A stretch of DNA of 64,000 nucleotides, taken from an uncultured Alphaproteobacteria bacterium. GTDB taxonomy: Bacteria > Pseudomonadota > Alphaproteobacteria > Rhizobiales > Xanthobacteraceae. Positions 22,779-31,620 of the stretch are shown in pieces. The stretch's first letter is position 1; every line of letters begins with the position of its first letter. Where the stretch lies: contig CAWDZJ010000022.1 in assembly GCA_963806815.1 (NCBI GenBank), positions 190,700-254,699 of the forward strand, read 5' to 3'. Below the pieces are notes generated by a model. That model searched no databases and was not told where the DNA came from. It was given only the letters and a program-made list of their open reading frames with translations. A program made the translations under genes and the position numbers.

Positions 22779-23777
22779 TCAGCGCGAGGTAATGACCCCG
22801 CGCGATGTCAGTACGACCCATTGGCCCCGTTGCCGTTCGACCGAACGAATCTCGCCAAGCCCCGGCAGAATGTCGCCCGGCGCGACCTCGATCACGCCCA
22901 GCCGGCCCTGGATCAGGGCCATGCCGTCGAATACGTCGCGCACCCGCCAGCCGCGCAGCACCGCAACCGGCGCCACTTCCTGGGTTGTCGTCGGCCGGGC
23001 TGCCTTCGGTCGCGGCAGCGGGATCGATCCGGTGATCTCCGGTGCTGCGCGCGTGGCTGCAACCGGGGCTGGAGCCGATGGCGCCGTCGCGACCGGTTCG
23101 GCGGAGGCGACCTTTGCCGGCGGCGCACCCGCAGCCGCCACCGCGCCACGGCGGTCGAGCCGGTTGATGGTTTCGATCGCCTTCGCAAGTTTGGCGGCGG
23201 GCTCGGCCGTGCTGCGTTCGATGTGATCGATGCGCTTGCCGATCTTGGCGAACTGGGCGCCGGAATTGCGGTTGGCGCTATCGATAGAAGCCTTGAGAGC
23301 GGCCAGTTCGGATTTGACCTGCGCGAGATTGGCGCGCACCGCCGCATCGTCCGTGCTGCCGCGTGCCGCTGCGGCTTGGCCGGTGATGCCGGGCGCCACG
23401 CGGGCAAGACTGGTCGCGCCGAACGTGCCGGCCATGGCGCCGATCGCGCCGGCCAGCGCCAACGAGGCTGCGAGCAGGGCGAAGCGGCCCTTCCGCGATT
23501 TTTCCGCTGGCGGCCCCGCGATTGACGAATCGGTGGGAGCGATGGTGACCAGCGGCGCGATTCGAATCTCGCCAGGGCCGGTATGGCCGTCTGCTTCGAA
23601 CAGGTCGCGCTGTGGCGCGGCCTTGGGTTCTTCGGCGTCCGCCGGTTCGCGTTTCAAGGCTTCGACCGTGGCGTCAATGGACGCGGCGGCGGCCTCGACC
23701 GGCATGGTGGGCCGTTCGGTCTCGGGCGCCGGCGTAACATCGGCCTCGCCGGGTAAGGGGTCCTGACGATCGGACAT
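22779..23777 (-). CDS. Ala/Pro-rich membrane-anchored protein with a coiled-coil segment and conserved C-terminal domain
   Basis: One TM helix (FALLAASLALAGAIGAMAGTF), a heptad-like segment (ANLAQVKSELAALKASIDSA) and a C-terminal VLRGWRVRDVFDGMALIQGR..GEIRSVERQRGQWVVLTSRGVI. No named family recognised. Confidence 0.55.
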   Translation of the reverse strand: MSDRQDPLPGEADVTPAPETERPTMPVEAAAASIDATVEALKREPADAEEPKAAPQRDLFEADGHTGPGEIRIAPLVTIAPTDSSIAGPPAEKSRKGRFALLAASLALAGAIGAMAGTFGATSLARVAPGITGQAAAARGSTDDAAVRANLAQVKSELAALKASIDSANRNSGAQFAKIGKRIDHIERSTAEPAAKLAKAIETINRLDRRGAVAAAGAPPAKVASAEPVATAPSAPAPVAATRAAPEITGSIPLPRPKAARPTTTQEVAPVAVLRGWRVRDVFDGMALIQGRLGVIEVAPGDILPGLGEIRSVERQRGQWVVLTSRGVITSR

Positions 23778-23907
23778 ATAGAGACCTCGACTGAAATGAC
23801 TCACCAATCGGTAGCCATGAGGTGTTACCGAATGGTTACCGATGCGGACCTGGCCACGGAAATTGCTGCAAATTTTGTCCGAACGGAGAAATATCGTTCA
23901 AATTTCG

Positions 23908-25347
23908 TTACTGTTTCTTAACGACGTCGAAGGCGGCAAGCGCCCGCGCCCGTGCGGCGGCGTGTTCCACGATCGGGGCGGGGTAGTCGCGCCCGAGTTC
24001 GATGCCCGCTTCCCGCAGCGCCAACGGCGGTGCCTGCCACGGCTGCTGCAGATAGGCATCCGGCAATCGCGCCAGTTCGGGAACGTAGCGGCGGACATAG
24101 TCGCCGCCGGGATCGAATTTCTCGCCCTGCAGCACCGGATTGAAAACGCGGAAATAGGGCGCCGCATCCATCCCGCTGCCGGCGACCCATTGCCAGCTTG
24201 CCGGATTGTTGGCAGCATCCGCATCGACCAGGGTGTCCCAGAACCACGCTTCGCCGGCGCGCCAGTCGATCAGCAGATGCTTGACCAGAAAGGAGGCGAC
24301 CACCATGCGCGCGCGATTGTGCATCCAGCCGGTTTGCCAGAGCTGGCGCATGGCGGCATCGACGACCGGATAGCCGGTCCGTCCTTGTTGCCACGCGCGC
24401 AGCGCGTCGTCGTCATCGCGCCAGGGAAATCCGTCGAACCGCTCCTGCAGATTGCGGCTTGCTATGTCGGGACAATGAAACAGGATCTGATAGCTGAATT
24501 CGCGCCAACCGAGTTCGCTCAGGAACTTTTCGATATCACTTGCATTCACACCGTCGCTGGCATCGCGCGCGAAATGCGCCGCACGCCATATTTGAAATGG
24601 GCTGATCTCACCGAAGCGCAAATAGGGCGACAGCCGTGACGTGCCGTCGATATCCATGCGATCGCGCCGCGCGCCATAGCCGGTCAATTGTTGGTCGAGA
24701 AAATCGCGCAACCGCGTGCGGGCTGCCGCCTCGCCGCGGGTCCAGTCCGTGCGCATTCCCGCCGCCCAATCCGGGGTGCTCGGTTCGAGCCGCCAACCAT
24801 CCAAACTTTCGCTGGCGATATCTGGGCCGGGCTTGATCGTTTTCGGCTCCGCCAGCGGCGCGCGCGGCTCACCGGATGCGCGCATGCGTTTCCAGAACGG
24901 CGTGAAAACGCGGATAAACTTCGCACCCGGTGCGTCGGGCTCGAACAGCAGATTGGCCTGAAAGGTCTTGGCGGTGACTCCGCGTCCGGAAAGATCGTGC
25001 ACAATCTCCGCATCAATCCGCCGCCCGGCACCGTCGTAGCGGCGGTTGAAATAGACCGCATCAGCTTTGGACTCGGCAACAATTGCGCGAACGACGTCCG
25101 CCGCCGCACCGCGACGTAACACCAGCCGTGCGCCTTTTGCGCGCAGCGCTTGATCAAGCGCGCGCAGCGATCCGGCGAGCCACCAGCGCGCCGCACCGTC
25201 GAGCGCACGGATGCCGGGGCTTTCGTCGTCCAATACGTAGAGGCAGACCACCGGCTGCCCGCTTGCAGCGGCCGCTGACAAGGCGGGATGATCCGCGATC
25301 CTGAGATCGTCGCGGAACCAGACCAGGATTGGTGCTTTTGTAGTCAT
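23908..25347 (-). CDS. phrB: Deoxyribodipyrimidine photo-lyase
   Basis: 479 aa with N-terminal LVWFRDDLRIADHPAL and C-terminal FAD-binding blocks WREF, GYPVVDAAMRQL..TGWMHNR.RM, and NNPASWQWVAGSG.DAAPYFRVFNP. Confidence 0.93.
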   Translation of the reverse strand: MTTKAPILVWFRDDLRIADHPALSAAAASGQPVVCLYVLDDESPGIRALDGAARWWLAGSLRALDQALRAKGARLVLRRGAAADVVRAIVAESKADAVYFNRRYDGAGRRIDAEIVHDLSGRGVTAKTFQANLLFEPDAPGAKFIRVFTPFWKRMRASGEPRAPLAEPKTIKPGPDIASESLDGWRLEPSTPDWAAGMRTDWTRGEAAARTRLRDFLDQQLTGYGARRDRMDIDGTSRLSPYLRFGEISPFQIWRAAHFARDASDGVNASDIEKFLSELGWREFSYQILFHCPDIASRNLQERFDGFPWRDDDDALRAWQQGRTGYPVVDAAMRQLWQTGWMHNRARMVVASFLVKHLLIDWRAGEAWFWDTLVDADAANNPASWQWVAGSGMDAAPYFRVFNPVLQGEKFDPGGDYVRRYVPELARLPDAYLQQPWQAPPLALREAGIELGRDYPAPIVEHAAARARALAAFDVVKKQ

Positions 25348-25376
25348 CAGGCCATGTCAATGGTGCGGCTGGAATA

Positions 25377-25527
25377 ACCCTCCCCCCGCGAAGCGGCGGG
25401 GAGGGTCGGCGCGAACGGTTGTGAGCGTCGGGGTGGGGGGAGCAGCGTTGCCAATGGCGATACCGTGCCGAGTTGGTGCGCCAGCCCCCACCCCCGACCC
25501 CTCCCCGCCACGCGCGACTGCGCGTGG
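25377..25527. repeat. Composite GC-rich palindromic element (family D)
   Basis: Terminal hairpins ACCCTCCCCCCGCGAAGCGGCGGGGAGGGT and CCCCTCCCCGCCACGCGCGACTGCGCGTGGGGGGAGGGG flank an inner inverted pair GTCGGGGTGGGGG / CCCCCACCCCCGAC. Confidence 0.85.
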
Positions 25528-25692
25528 GGGGAGGGGAGGAGCAAGCAACAACGCCAGTCACACTGGCTCATCCCTATGAGCGACGTCGAAGAGAGACATC
25601 TGGGTTGATCTGCGCTTTTGGTCGGTCGGACAGGCGCCTCATCATCGAACGACCGAACTCCTGCGCCAAGACGATAAGAGTGTCTCGTCCAG

Positions 25693-26409
25693 CTATACGC
25701 CGAGATAGCGGTGTTGGATTTCCGGGACCGCGGCCAGTTCACCCGACGTTCCAGACCACACTACGCGGCCGCGTTCGATCAGGTAGTGGCGGTCGGCGAT
25801 GCCGATCAGCGCTTCCACGTTCTTGTCGATCACCAGGATCGATTGGCCGGCTGCCTTCAGCCGGCTCAGGCACTGCCAGATCTCGGCGCGGATCAGCGGC
25901 GCGAGCCCTTCCGTTGCCTCGTCGAGTATGAGCAGGCGCGGGTTCGTCATCAGGGCGCGCCCGATCGCCAGCATCTGCTGCTCGCCGCCGGAAAGCTGGT
26001 TGCCCATATTGCCGAGACGCTCGGCAAGCCGGGGGAACAGATCGCAGACTTTGGCAAGCGTCCAGGGATCGGCCGATGCCCTGCGGTTGGCGGCCGTCGC
26101 GACCAGGTTTTCGCGCGTCGACAGGTTCGGGAAGATCTGCCGGCCCTCCGGCACCAGACCAATGCCGAACTGGGCTATGCGGTAGGACGGCAGGCCGCGA
26201 ATTTCCGTACCGTCAAACTTGATGGAGCCGGCATTGGCGCGGGTCAGCCCCATGATCGAGCGCACGGTCGTGGTCTTGCCCATGCCGTTGCGGCCCATCA
26301 AGGTCACCATCTCGCCGGGCGCAATCGCCATCGACATGCCGAACAGCACTTGGCTCAGACCGTACCTGGTCTCGACGCCGTCGACTTTGAGCAGCATTGC
26401 TTCAGCCAT
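25693..26409 (-). CDS. livF: Branched-chain amino acid type ABC transporter ATP-binding protein (LivF-like)
   Basis: Walker A GRNGMGKTT, signature LSGGEQQMLAIGRAL, Walker B LLILDEATEGLAP. Last gene of a five-gene liv-type operon. Confidence 0.88.
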   Translation of the reverse strand: MAEAMLLKVDGVETRYGLSQVLFGMSMAIAPGEMVTLMGRNGMGKTTTVRSIMGLTRANAGSIKFDGTEIRGLPSYRIAQFGIGLVPEGRQIFPNLSTRENLVATAANRRASADPWTLAKVCDLFPRLAERLGNMGNQLSGGEQQMLAIGRALMTNPRLLILDEATEGLAPLIRAEIWQCLSRLKAAGQSILVIDKNVEALIGIADRHYLIERGRVVWSGTSGELAAVPEIQHRYLGV

Positions 26410-27169
26410 GGCGGACCGCCGCTTCGCTTTCGCCGAGATAGGCCTGCCGCACATCCTCGTTGGCGCGGATCTCGTCCGGCGTGCCGGAGGCGATGACCCG
26501 GCCATAGACCAAAACCGTGATGCGATCGGCGAGCGCGAACACCGCCTCCATGTCGTGCTCGATCAGCAGGATGGTGAGTTCCTGCTTGAGTTCGCGCAAC
26601 AGATCGACCATGCGTGCGGATTCTTCCGGCCCCATGCCGGCCATCGGCTCATCCAGCAGCAGCATGCGCGGCCGGGTCGCGAGTGCCATTGCGATTTCCA
26701 GTTGACGATGCTCGCCATGGCTGAGATTGGCGACGGTCACATCGGCGCGGTCGGCGATTGCGACCCGCGCGAGCGCCGCGCGCGCCGGATCCCGTAGCTC
26801 AGCTTCGCCGCGGGCCGGACGCCAGAAGTGGAACGAGTGCCCGGCATGCGCCTGCACCGCCAGCGCCACATTTTCGAGCGCGGTAAAATCATTGAACAGT
26901 GACGTGATCTGGAACGAGCGCGCCAGGCCCAGGAGACTGCGCCGATAGGCCGGCAGCGCGGTGATGTCCTCACCCGCAAAATGGATGGTGCCGCCATCAG
27001 GCTTGAGTTCACCGGCCAATTGTCCGATCAGCGTGGTCTTGCCGGCGCCGTTCGGCCCGATGATGGCATGCAACTCCCCCTGCGGCACCTCGAGCGTGAT
27101 CTGATCGGAGGCGAGGATGCCGCCAAAGTGTTTGGTCAGATCCTGGATTTGCAACAAGGAGTCAGCCAC
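26402..27169 (-). CDS. livG: Branched-chain amino acid type ABC transporter ATP-binding protein (LivG-like)
   Basis: Walker A GPNGAGKTT, signature LSHGEHRQLEIAMAL, LLLDEPMAGM. GTG start overlaps the stop of the upstream permease (GTGGCTGA). Confidence 0.88.
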   Translation of the reverse strand: MADSLLQIQDLTKHFGGILASDQITLEVPQGELHAIIGPNGAGKTTLIGQLAGELKPDGGTIHFAGEDITALPAYRRSLLGLARSFQITSLFNDFTALENVALAVQAHAGHSFHFWRPARGEAELRDPARAALARVAIADRADVTVANLSHGEHRQLEIAMALATRPRMLLLDEPMAGMGPEESARMVDLLRELKQELTILLIEHDMEAVFALADRITVLVYGRVIASGTPDEIRANEDVRQAYLGESEAAVRHG

Positions 27170-28109
27170 GGCGCGTCCCCCCCAGCATGCCGGCGATGCC
27201 GCCGCGCGCAAACAGCACGACCAGGAGCAGCATCGGTCCGAGAATGATCTGCCAATATTCGGTGATCCCTGAGAGCGCCTCTTCCAGGACCAGAAATGCG
27301 ACTGCACCGATCACCGGTCCAAACAAGGAGGCCATGCCGCCCAGCACCACCATGACAATCAGGTCGCCCGAGCGCGTCCATTGCATGGTCGCCGGGCTGA
27401 TGAAGTCGGTATGGTTTGCGAGCAGGGCGCCGGAAAGCCCACAGATGGTGCCGGCGATCACGAAGCAGGTCAGACGATAACGAAATGTCGGAAATCCGAT
27501 GGCCCGCATCCGGCGATCGTTGGAGCGCGAGCCCTGGATCACCAGACCGAATCGCGAATTCACCAGCCGCCAGACCAGCAGCATGGTCGCGATCAACATG
27601 ATCAGACAGACATAGTAGAACGTCGTCTTGTTGGACAGATTGATGAGGCCGGCGAACTCGCTGCGTCGATAGATCGTCAACCCGTCGTCGGCGCCATAGC
27701 GGTCGAGACTGACGGCGATGTAATAGATCATCTGCGCAAAGGCGAGCGTAATCATGATGAAATAGACGCCACGCGTGCGCAGGCAGAGCGCGCCGATCAC
27801 CAGCGCGAACAGGGCCGAGACGATGAGCGCCAGCGGCCATTGGATGAAGCCGGAATTGATGCCCTCGTGCGCCAGGATGCCAATGACGTAGCCGCCGATA
27901 CCGAGATAGGCGGCATGACCGAAGCTCACCATGCCGCCATATCCGAGGATCAGATTGAGGCTCACCGCCGCCATCGCCAGGATCACGATGCGGGTGAACA
28001 GCGTCATGATAAAAAGATTGTCGACGGCTGTGGCGATGATCGGCACCAGCGCCAGTGCGATCAGGAGAGCGGCATTGAAAACCGTGCGGACACTCAGGAG
28101 CGGTGTCAT
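27162..28109 (-). CDS. livM: Branched-chain amino acid type ABC transporter permease (LivM-like)
   Basis: 315-aa polytopic protein starting MTPLLSVRTVF. ATGA overlap with the upstream permease stop. The 647-aa ORF in the track is an upstream out-of-context extension. Confidence 0.88.
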   Translation of the reverse strand: MTPLLSVRTVFNAALLIALALVPIIATAVDNLFIMTLFTRIVILAMAAVSLNLILGYGGMVSFGHAAYLGIGGYVIGILAHEGINSGFIQWPLALIVSALFALVIGALCLRTRGVYFIMITLAFAQMIYYIAVSLDRYGADDGLTIYRRSEFAGLINLSNKTTFYYVCLIMLIATMLLVWRLVNSRFGLVIQGSRSNDRRMRAIGFPTFRYRLTCFVIAGTICGLSGALLANHTDFISPATMQWTRSGDLIVMVVLGGMASLFGPVIGAVAFLVLEEALSGITEYWQIILGPMLLLVVLFARGGIAGMLGGTRRG

Positions 28110-29023
28110 TTGCCGGACACCGGAAACAGTCCCTCCGGACGCACCACCAGCACGATCGCCATCAGCAGATAGATCAACATTGACGACATTGCCGGTGCCG
28201 CCGAGGCGGCCGCCGACGGGCTCATCACCAGCTTGAACAGATCGGGCAGGAAGGCGCGGCCAACCGTGTCGACCAGTCCGACGAAGATCGAGGCCAGAAA
28301 CGCCCCGCGCACCGAGCCGATGCCGCCGATGATGATGACCACGAAGGCGAGGATGAGGATGTTCTCGCCCATGCCGATCTGCGCGGTCAGGATCGGCGCC
28401 TGCATCAGCCCGGCAAGGCCGGCAAGTGCGGAGCCGAGGCCGAACACCAGGGTGTAGAGCAGTTTGATGTTGACCCCGAGCGCGCCGATCATTTCGCGGT
28501 TGGAAGCGCCGGCGCGGATCAGCATGCCGATGCGCGTACGCATCACAATGATGTAGAGCGTCAGGGCGACTGCGAGCGACGTCACGATGATGGCGATGCG
28601 ATAGGCCGGATACTGGATGCCGGCGAACAGCGGCACCGAGGCGTTGAGCCAGGCCGGCAGCGGCAGATTCATGCCGGCCGGCCCCCACACCAGACGGACC
28701 GCCTCGTTGAAGAACAGCAGCAGTCCGAAGGTGCCGAGCACATGATCGAGATGGTCGCGGTCGTACAGCCGCCGCATCGCGACGATTTCCACGATCATGC
28801 CGACGACCAATGTCGCGGCCATTGCCAGCACCACCGCCAGCAGAAAGCTGCCCGTCCAGGCCGCGAATGTCGCCGCGAAGAAGGCGCCGACCATGTAGAA
28901 TGAGCCGTGCGCCAGATTTACCAGGTCCATGACACCGAAGACCAGCGTCAGCCCGGCGGCCAGCAGGAACAGCAGCAGTCCGAACTGCAAGCCGTTCAGA
29001 CACTGTTCGATAAACAGCACCAT
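28106..29023 (-). CDS. livH: Branched-chain amino acid type ABC transporter permease (LivH-like)
   Basis: Starts MVLFIEQCLNGLQFGLLLFLLAAGLTLVFGVMDLVNLAHG, the typical LivH N-terminus. Confidence 0.88.
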   Translation of the reverse strand: MVLFIEQCLNGLQFGLLLFLLAAGLTLVFGVMDLVNLAHGSFYMVGAFFAATFAAWTGSFLLAVVLAMAATLVVGMIVEIVAMRRLYDRDHLDHVLGTFGLLLFFNEAVRLVWGPAGMNLPLPAWLNASVPLFAGIQYPAYRIAIIVTSLAVALTLYIIVMRTRIGMLIRAGASNREMIGALGVNIKLLYTLVFGLGSALAGLAGLMQAPILTAQIGMGENILILAFVVIIIGGIGSVRGAFLASIFVGLVDTVGRAFLPDLFKLVMSPSAAASAAPAMSSMLIYLLMAIVLVVRPEGLFPVSGK

Positions 29024-29184
29024 GCTTCTGGCTTCGCCCCTCGCTCGCCCCAACCGGCAGGCCGGCGGTTGCAGCCGGCTTGCGCAAGTCCCCGTCCGTC
29101 CGCATGCCACGGATGTGGCACTTGGCTTAACGCAGAACGGCAGAGACGCGGGTCACGTCTCTGCCGTCCGTCAGTCCAGATCGA

Positions 29185-30357
29185 TCACTTCATCGGACAC
29201 TTTTGATGGAAGTTGTCCTGGCTGTCCTTGACGATGGTGGCGACGGTCTTGAGCACCAGATGGCCGTCCTTGTCCTTGACCACATCCTGCAGATAGAAGT
29301 TCTGAATCGGGAACTGGTTGTTGCCGTATGTGTAGGGCCCGCGAACCGAATTGTAGTTCGCCTTCTTCATTTCGGCGCGCATGGCGTCCTTCTTGGACAG
29401 GTCGCCCTTCACCGCCACCACCGCGCTGTTGATCAGGTTGGCGGCGTCATAGGCCTGTGCGCCATAGAATGACGGGTGCCGGCCGTGCTTCTTGGTAAAG
29501 TCGGCGACGAACTTCTTGTTGGCGTCGTTCGGCAGGTCGTTGACCCATTGCTGGGCACCGGGCACGCCGAGGGCGAGGTCCTTCTGCCGCGGCAGCGACA
29601 GGGCATCGATGGTAAAGGCGGTGTAGAGCGGGATGGTGCCCTTCAGGCCGGCCTGGGCGTACTGGTTGAGGAACTGCACGCCGGCGGCGCCGGGATAGAA
29701 CACGAACACGGCGTCGGGCTTGGCCGCCTTCACCTTCGAGAGTTCAGCGGAGAAGTCGAGCTGGCCCGGCCACTTGGTCAGGTCCTGGCCGACGATCTTG
29801 CCCTTGAAGGTGGAGGCGACGCCCGCCAGCATGTCCTTGCCGGCGGCGTAGTTCGGCCCGAGCAGATAGAGCGTCTTGACGCCCTTCTGATTCATATAGG
29901 TGCCCATCGCCTGCGGGGTCTGGTTGTTCTGCCACGAGGTCGAGAAGAAATAGGGCGAGCACAATTCGCCGGCGATCTGGTGCGGGCCGGCATTGGCGCC
30001 GATCAGGAATGTCTTGGAATCAAGAACCGGCTTGAGCGAAGCAAGCAACACGTTCGACCAGATGTAGCCGACCACGAAATCGACCTTGTCGGACTGGATC
30101 AGCTTCTCGGTCTTCTGCTTGCCGACCGCCGGCTTCTGGCCGTCATCCTCGTAGATCACTTCGACCGGCAGTCCGCCCATCTTGCGGCCGAGATGATCAA
30201 GCGCGAGTTCGAACGAATTGCGCATGTCGTTGCCGATCACGGCAGTCGGGCCGCTGAAGGTGCTGATGAAGCCGATTTTCACGGACTTCTTTTGAGCCAT
30301 GGCGGGGCTGACCGCGAGCGCAAGAACGGCCGCGGTGCCGATGAGAAATTTCTTCAT
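29185..30357 (-). CDS. ABC transporter periplasmic substrate-binding protein (Leu/Ile/Val-binding family)
   Basis: Signal peptide MKKFLIGTAAVLALAVSPAMA, then KIGFISTFSGPTAVIGNDMRN, typical of type I PBPs of the LivK family. Confidence 0.88.
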   Translation of the reverse strand: MKKFLIGTAAVLALAVSPAMAQKKSVKIGFISTFSGPTAVIGNDMRNSFELALDHLGRKMGGLPVEVIYEDDGQKPAVGKQKTEKLIQSDKVDFVVGYIWSNVLLASLKPVLDSKTFLIGANAGPHQIAGELCSPYFFSTSWQNNQTPQAMGTYMNQKGVKTLYLLGPNYAAGKDMLAGVASTFKGKIVGQDLTKWPGQLDFSAELSKVKAAKPDAVFVFYPGAAGVQFLNQYAQAGLKGTIPLYTAFTIDALSLPRQKDLALGVPGAQQWVNDLPNDANKKFVADFTKKHGRHPSFYGAQAYDAANLINSAVVAVKGDLSKKDAMRAEMKKANYNSVRGPYTYGNNQFPIQNFYLQDVVKDKDGHLVLKTVATIVKDSQDNFHQKCPMK

Positions 30358-30781
30358 GTCATTGTCCTCCCAGGACATTGGAGCGGGCATGGAAGGCGAT
30401 CTTAGTGGATTGGGTAGGAGGCCAAAAGCCCCCGTGGCCCGCGACATGGCGCCTCTTTGGTTTAATGGTTTAATCAGTTGCGCGATGCGGGAGGCCAGGA
30501 ATTATAGTGCATGGAATTGCGTGCGCAGACGACATCGTGGCTGCGCGGTGAACGTCAAACGATTGAGTGACGGCACGGAGTTTCAAATAGCGTTCTGGCT
30601 GTCATGACGGCTTCTGTCTTTCCGTCTCCGCAAGGTGGGGCGATGGGCCGGTAGTATGATCCGCTCGGTTGGGAACGGCTGCGGATCGTCCGGTTGCGCG
30701 TTCGGGGCCGCAATAATATTCAAGTTATATCAATAGCTTACGCTTTCGCTTGACATCCGACTGGCGGCGCGGAATCGATAA

Positions 30782-30796
30782 GAACAAAGCACGAAC
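30782..30796. promoter_or_regulatory. Alphaproteobacterial LexA (SOS) box
   Basis: GAACAAAGCACGAAC = GAAC-N7-GAAC direct repeat. It lies 18 nt upstream of the imuA ATG and just downstream of a TTGACA hexamer at 30750..30755. Confidence 0.7.
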
Positions 30797-30813
30797 ATTT
30801 TTGAGGACTTGCC

Positions 30814-31620
30814 ATGCCGGCCGCCGATCGGGACAGGCTGTATCATGACCGGCTGCACCATCTGCGGCGCAGCATCGCTGAACGCGAAGCCGCGCACGTC
30901 ACGCGCGCGGACGGCGAGGACATGCCTGCTCTCGCCGTCGGCGTGCCGTCGCTTGATGCCGCGCTCGGTGGTGGTCTTGCTGGCGGCACCTTGCATGAAC
31001 TGTTTCCCACACAGCCGCTTCATCTTGGCGCCGCTTCCGGTTTCGCTCTGGCGCTGACCGCGCGTGCCGGTGCGCAAGGCCGGTCCGTGCTCTGGATCCA
31101 GCCCGACTTCGCCGGCAGCGAGAGCGGCGATCTTTATGGTCCGGGTCTTGATCTTCTGGGCCTGCCGATGCGGCAACTGGTGGTCGTGCGCGTCGCACGC
31201 TCCGGCGAGGCGCTGTGGGCGATGGAGGAGGCGCTCAAGTGCCGCGCGCTCGCGGTCGTCGTCGCCGAACTCCATGACGATGCCGCCGCCGATCTGACGG
31301 TGACGCGCCGGCTCGCGCTCGCCGCCCGCGCGGGCGGCGGCCTCGGCCTCTTGTTCAGTCACCGCGCTCCCGGCGGGGCGAGCGCGGCCATGACGCGCTG
31401 GGAAGTCGCTTCCGCTCCCGGCGTGCCGGACCGTTTCGGCGGCCTCGGCGCGACCGGCTTTACGCTCTCGCTCATCAAGAACCGGCGCGGACCATGCGGC
31501 CGGTGGCATCTCGACTGGGATCATCATGCCCGTCACTTCGTCTCCCCGGCGCTATCTGTCGGTCTGGCTGCAACGGCTGGCGACCGACCGGATCGAGCGC
31601 CGCTTGTCCACGCCGGCTGA
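30814..31620 (+). CDS. imuA: ImuA, RecA/SulA-like component of the SOS mutagenesis cassette
   Basis: 268 aa. First gene of a LexA-box-preceded operon followed by imuB and dnaE2. Block LDAALGGGLAGGTLHELFP is typical of ImuA. Confidence 0.82.
   Translation: MPAADRDRLYHDRLHHLRRSIAEREAAHVTRADGEDMPALAVGVPSLDAALGGGLAGGTLHELFPTQPLHLGAASGFALALTARAGAQGRSVLWIQPDFAGSESGDLYGPGLDLLGLPMRQLVVVRVARSGEALWAMEEALKCRALAVVVAELHDDAAADLTVTRRLALAARAGGGLGLLFSHRAPGGASAAMTRWEVASAPGVPDRFGGLGATGFTLSLIKNRRGPCGRWHLDWDHHARHFVSPALSVGLAATAGDRPDRAPLVHAG

Noticed and set aside
27162-29105. 647-aa ORF suggesting a fused double permease
   Set aside because: Only the C-terminal 315 aa (from MTPLLSVRTVF at 28109) look like a LivM-type permease. 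The upstream part is an Arg/Gly-rich read-through overlapping livH in another frame. ATGA coupling at 28106..28109 supports two separate genes.
30459-30476. GGTTTAATGGTTTAAT direct repeat as a CtrA site
   Set aside because: The spacing of the two TTAA half-sites is 8 nt start-to-start, not the TTAA-N7-TTAA (11 nt) of CtrA boxes.
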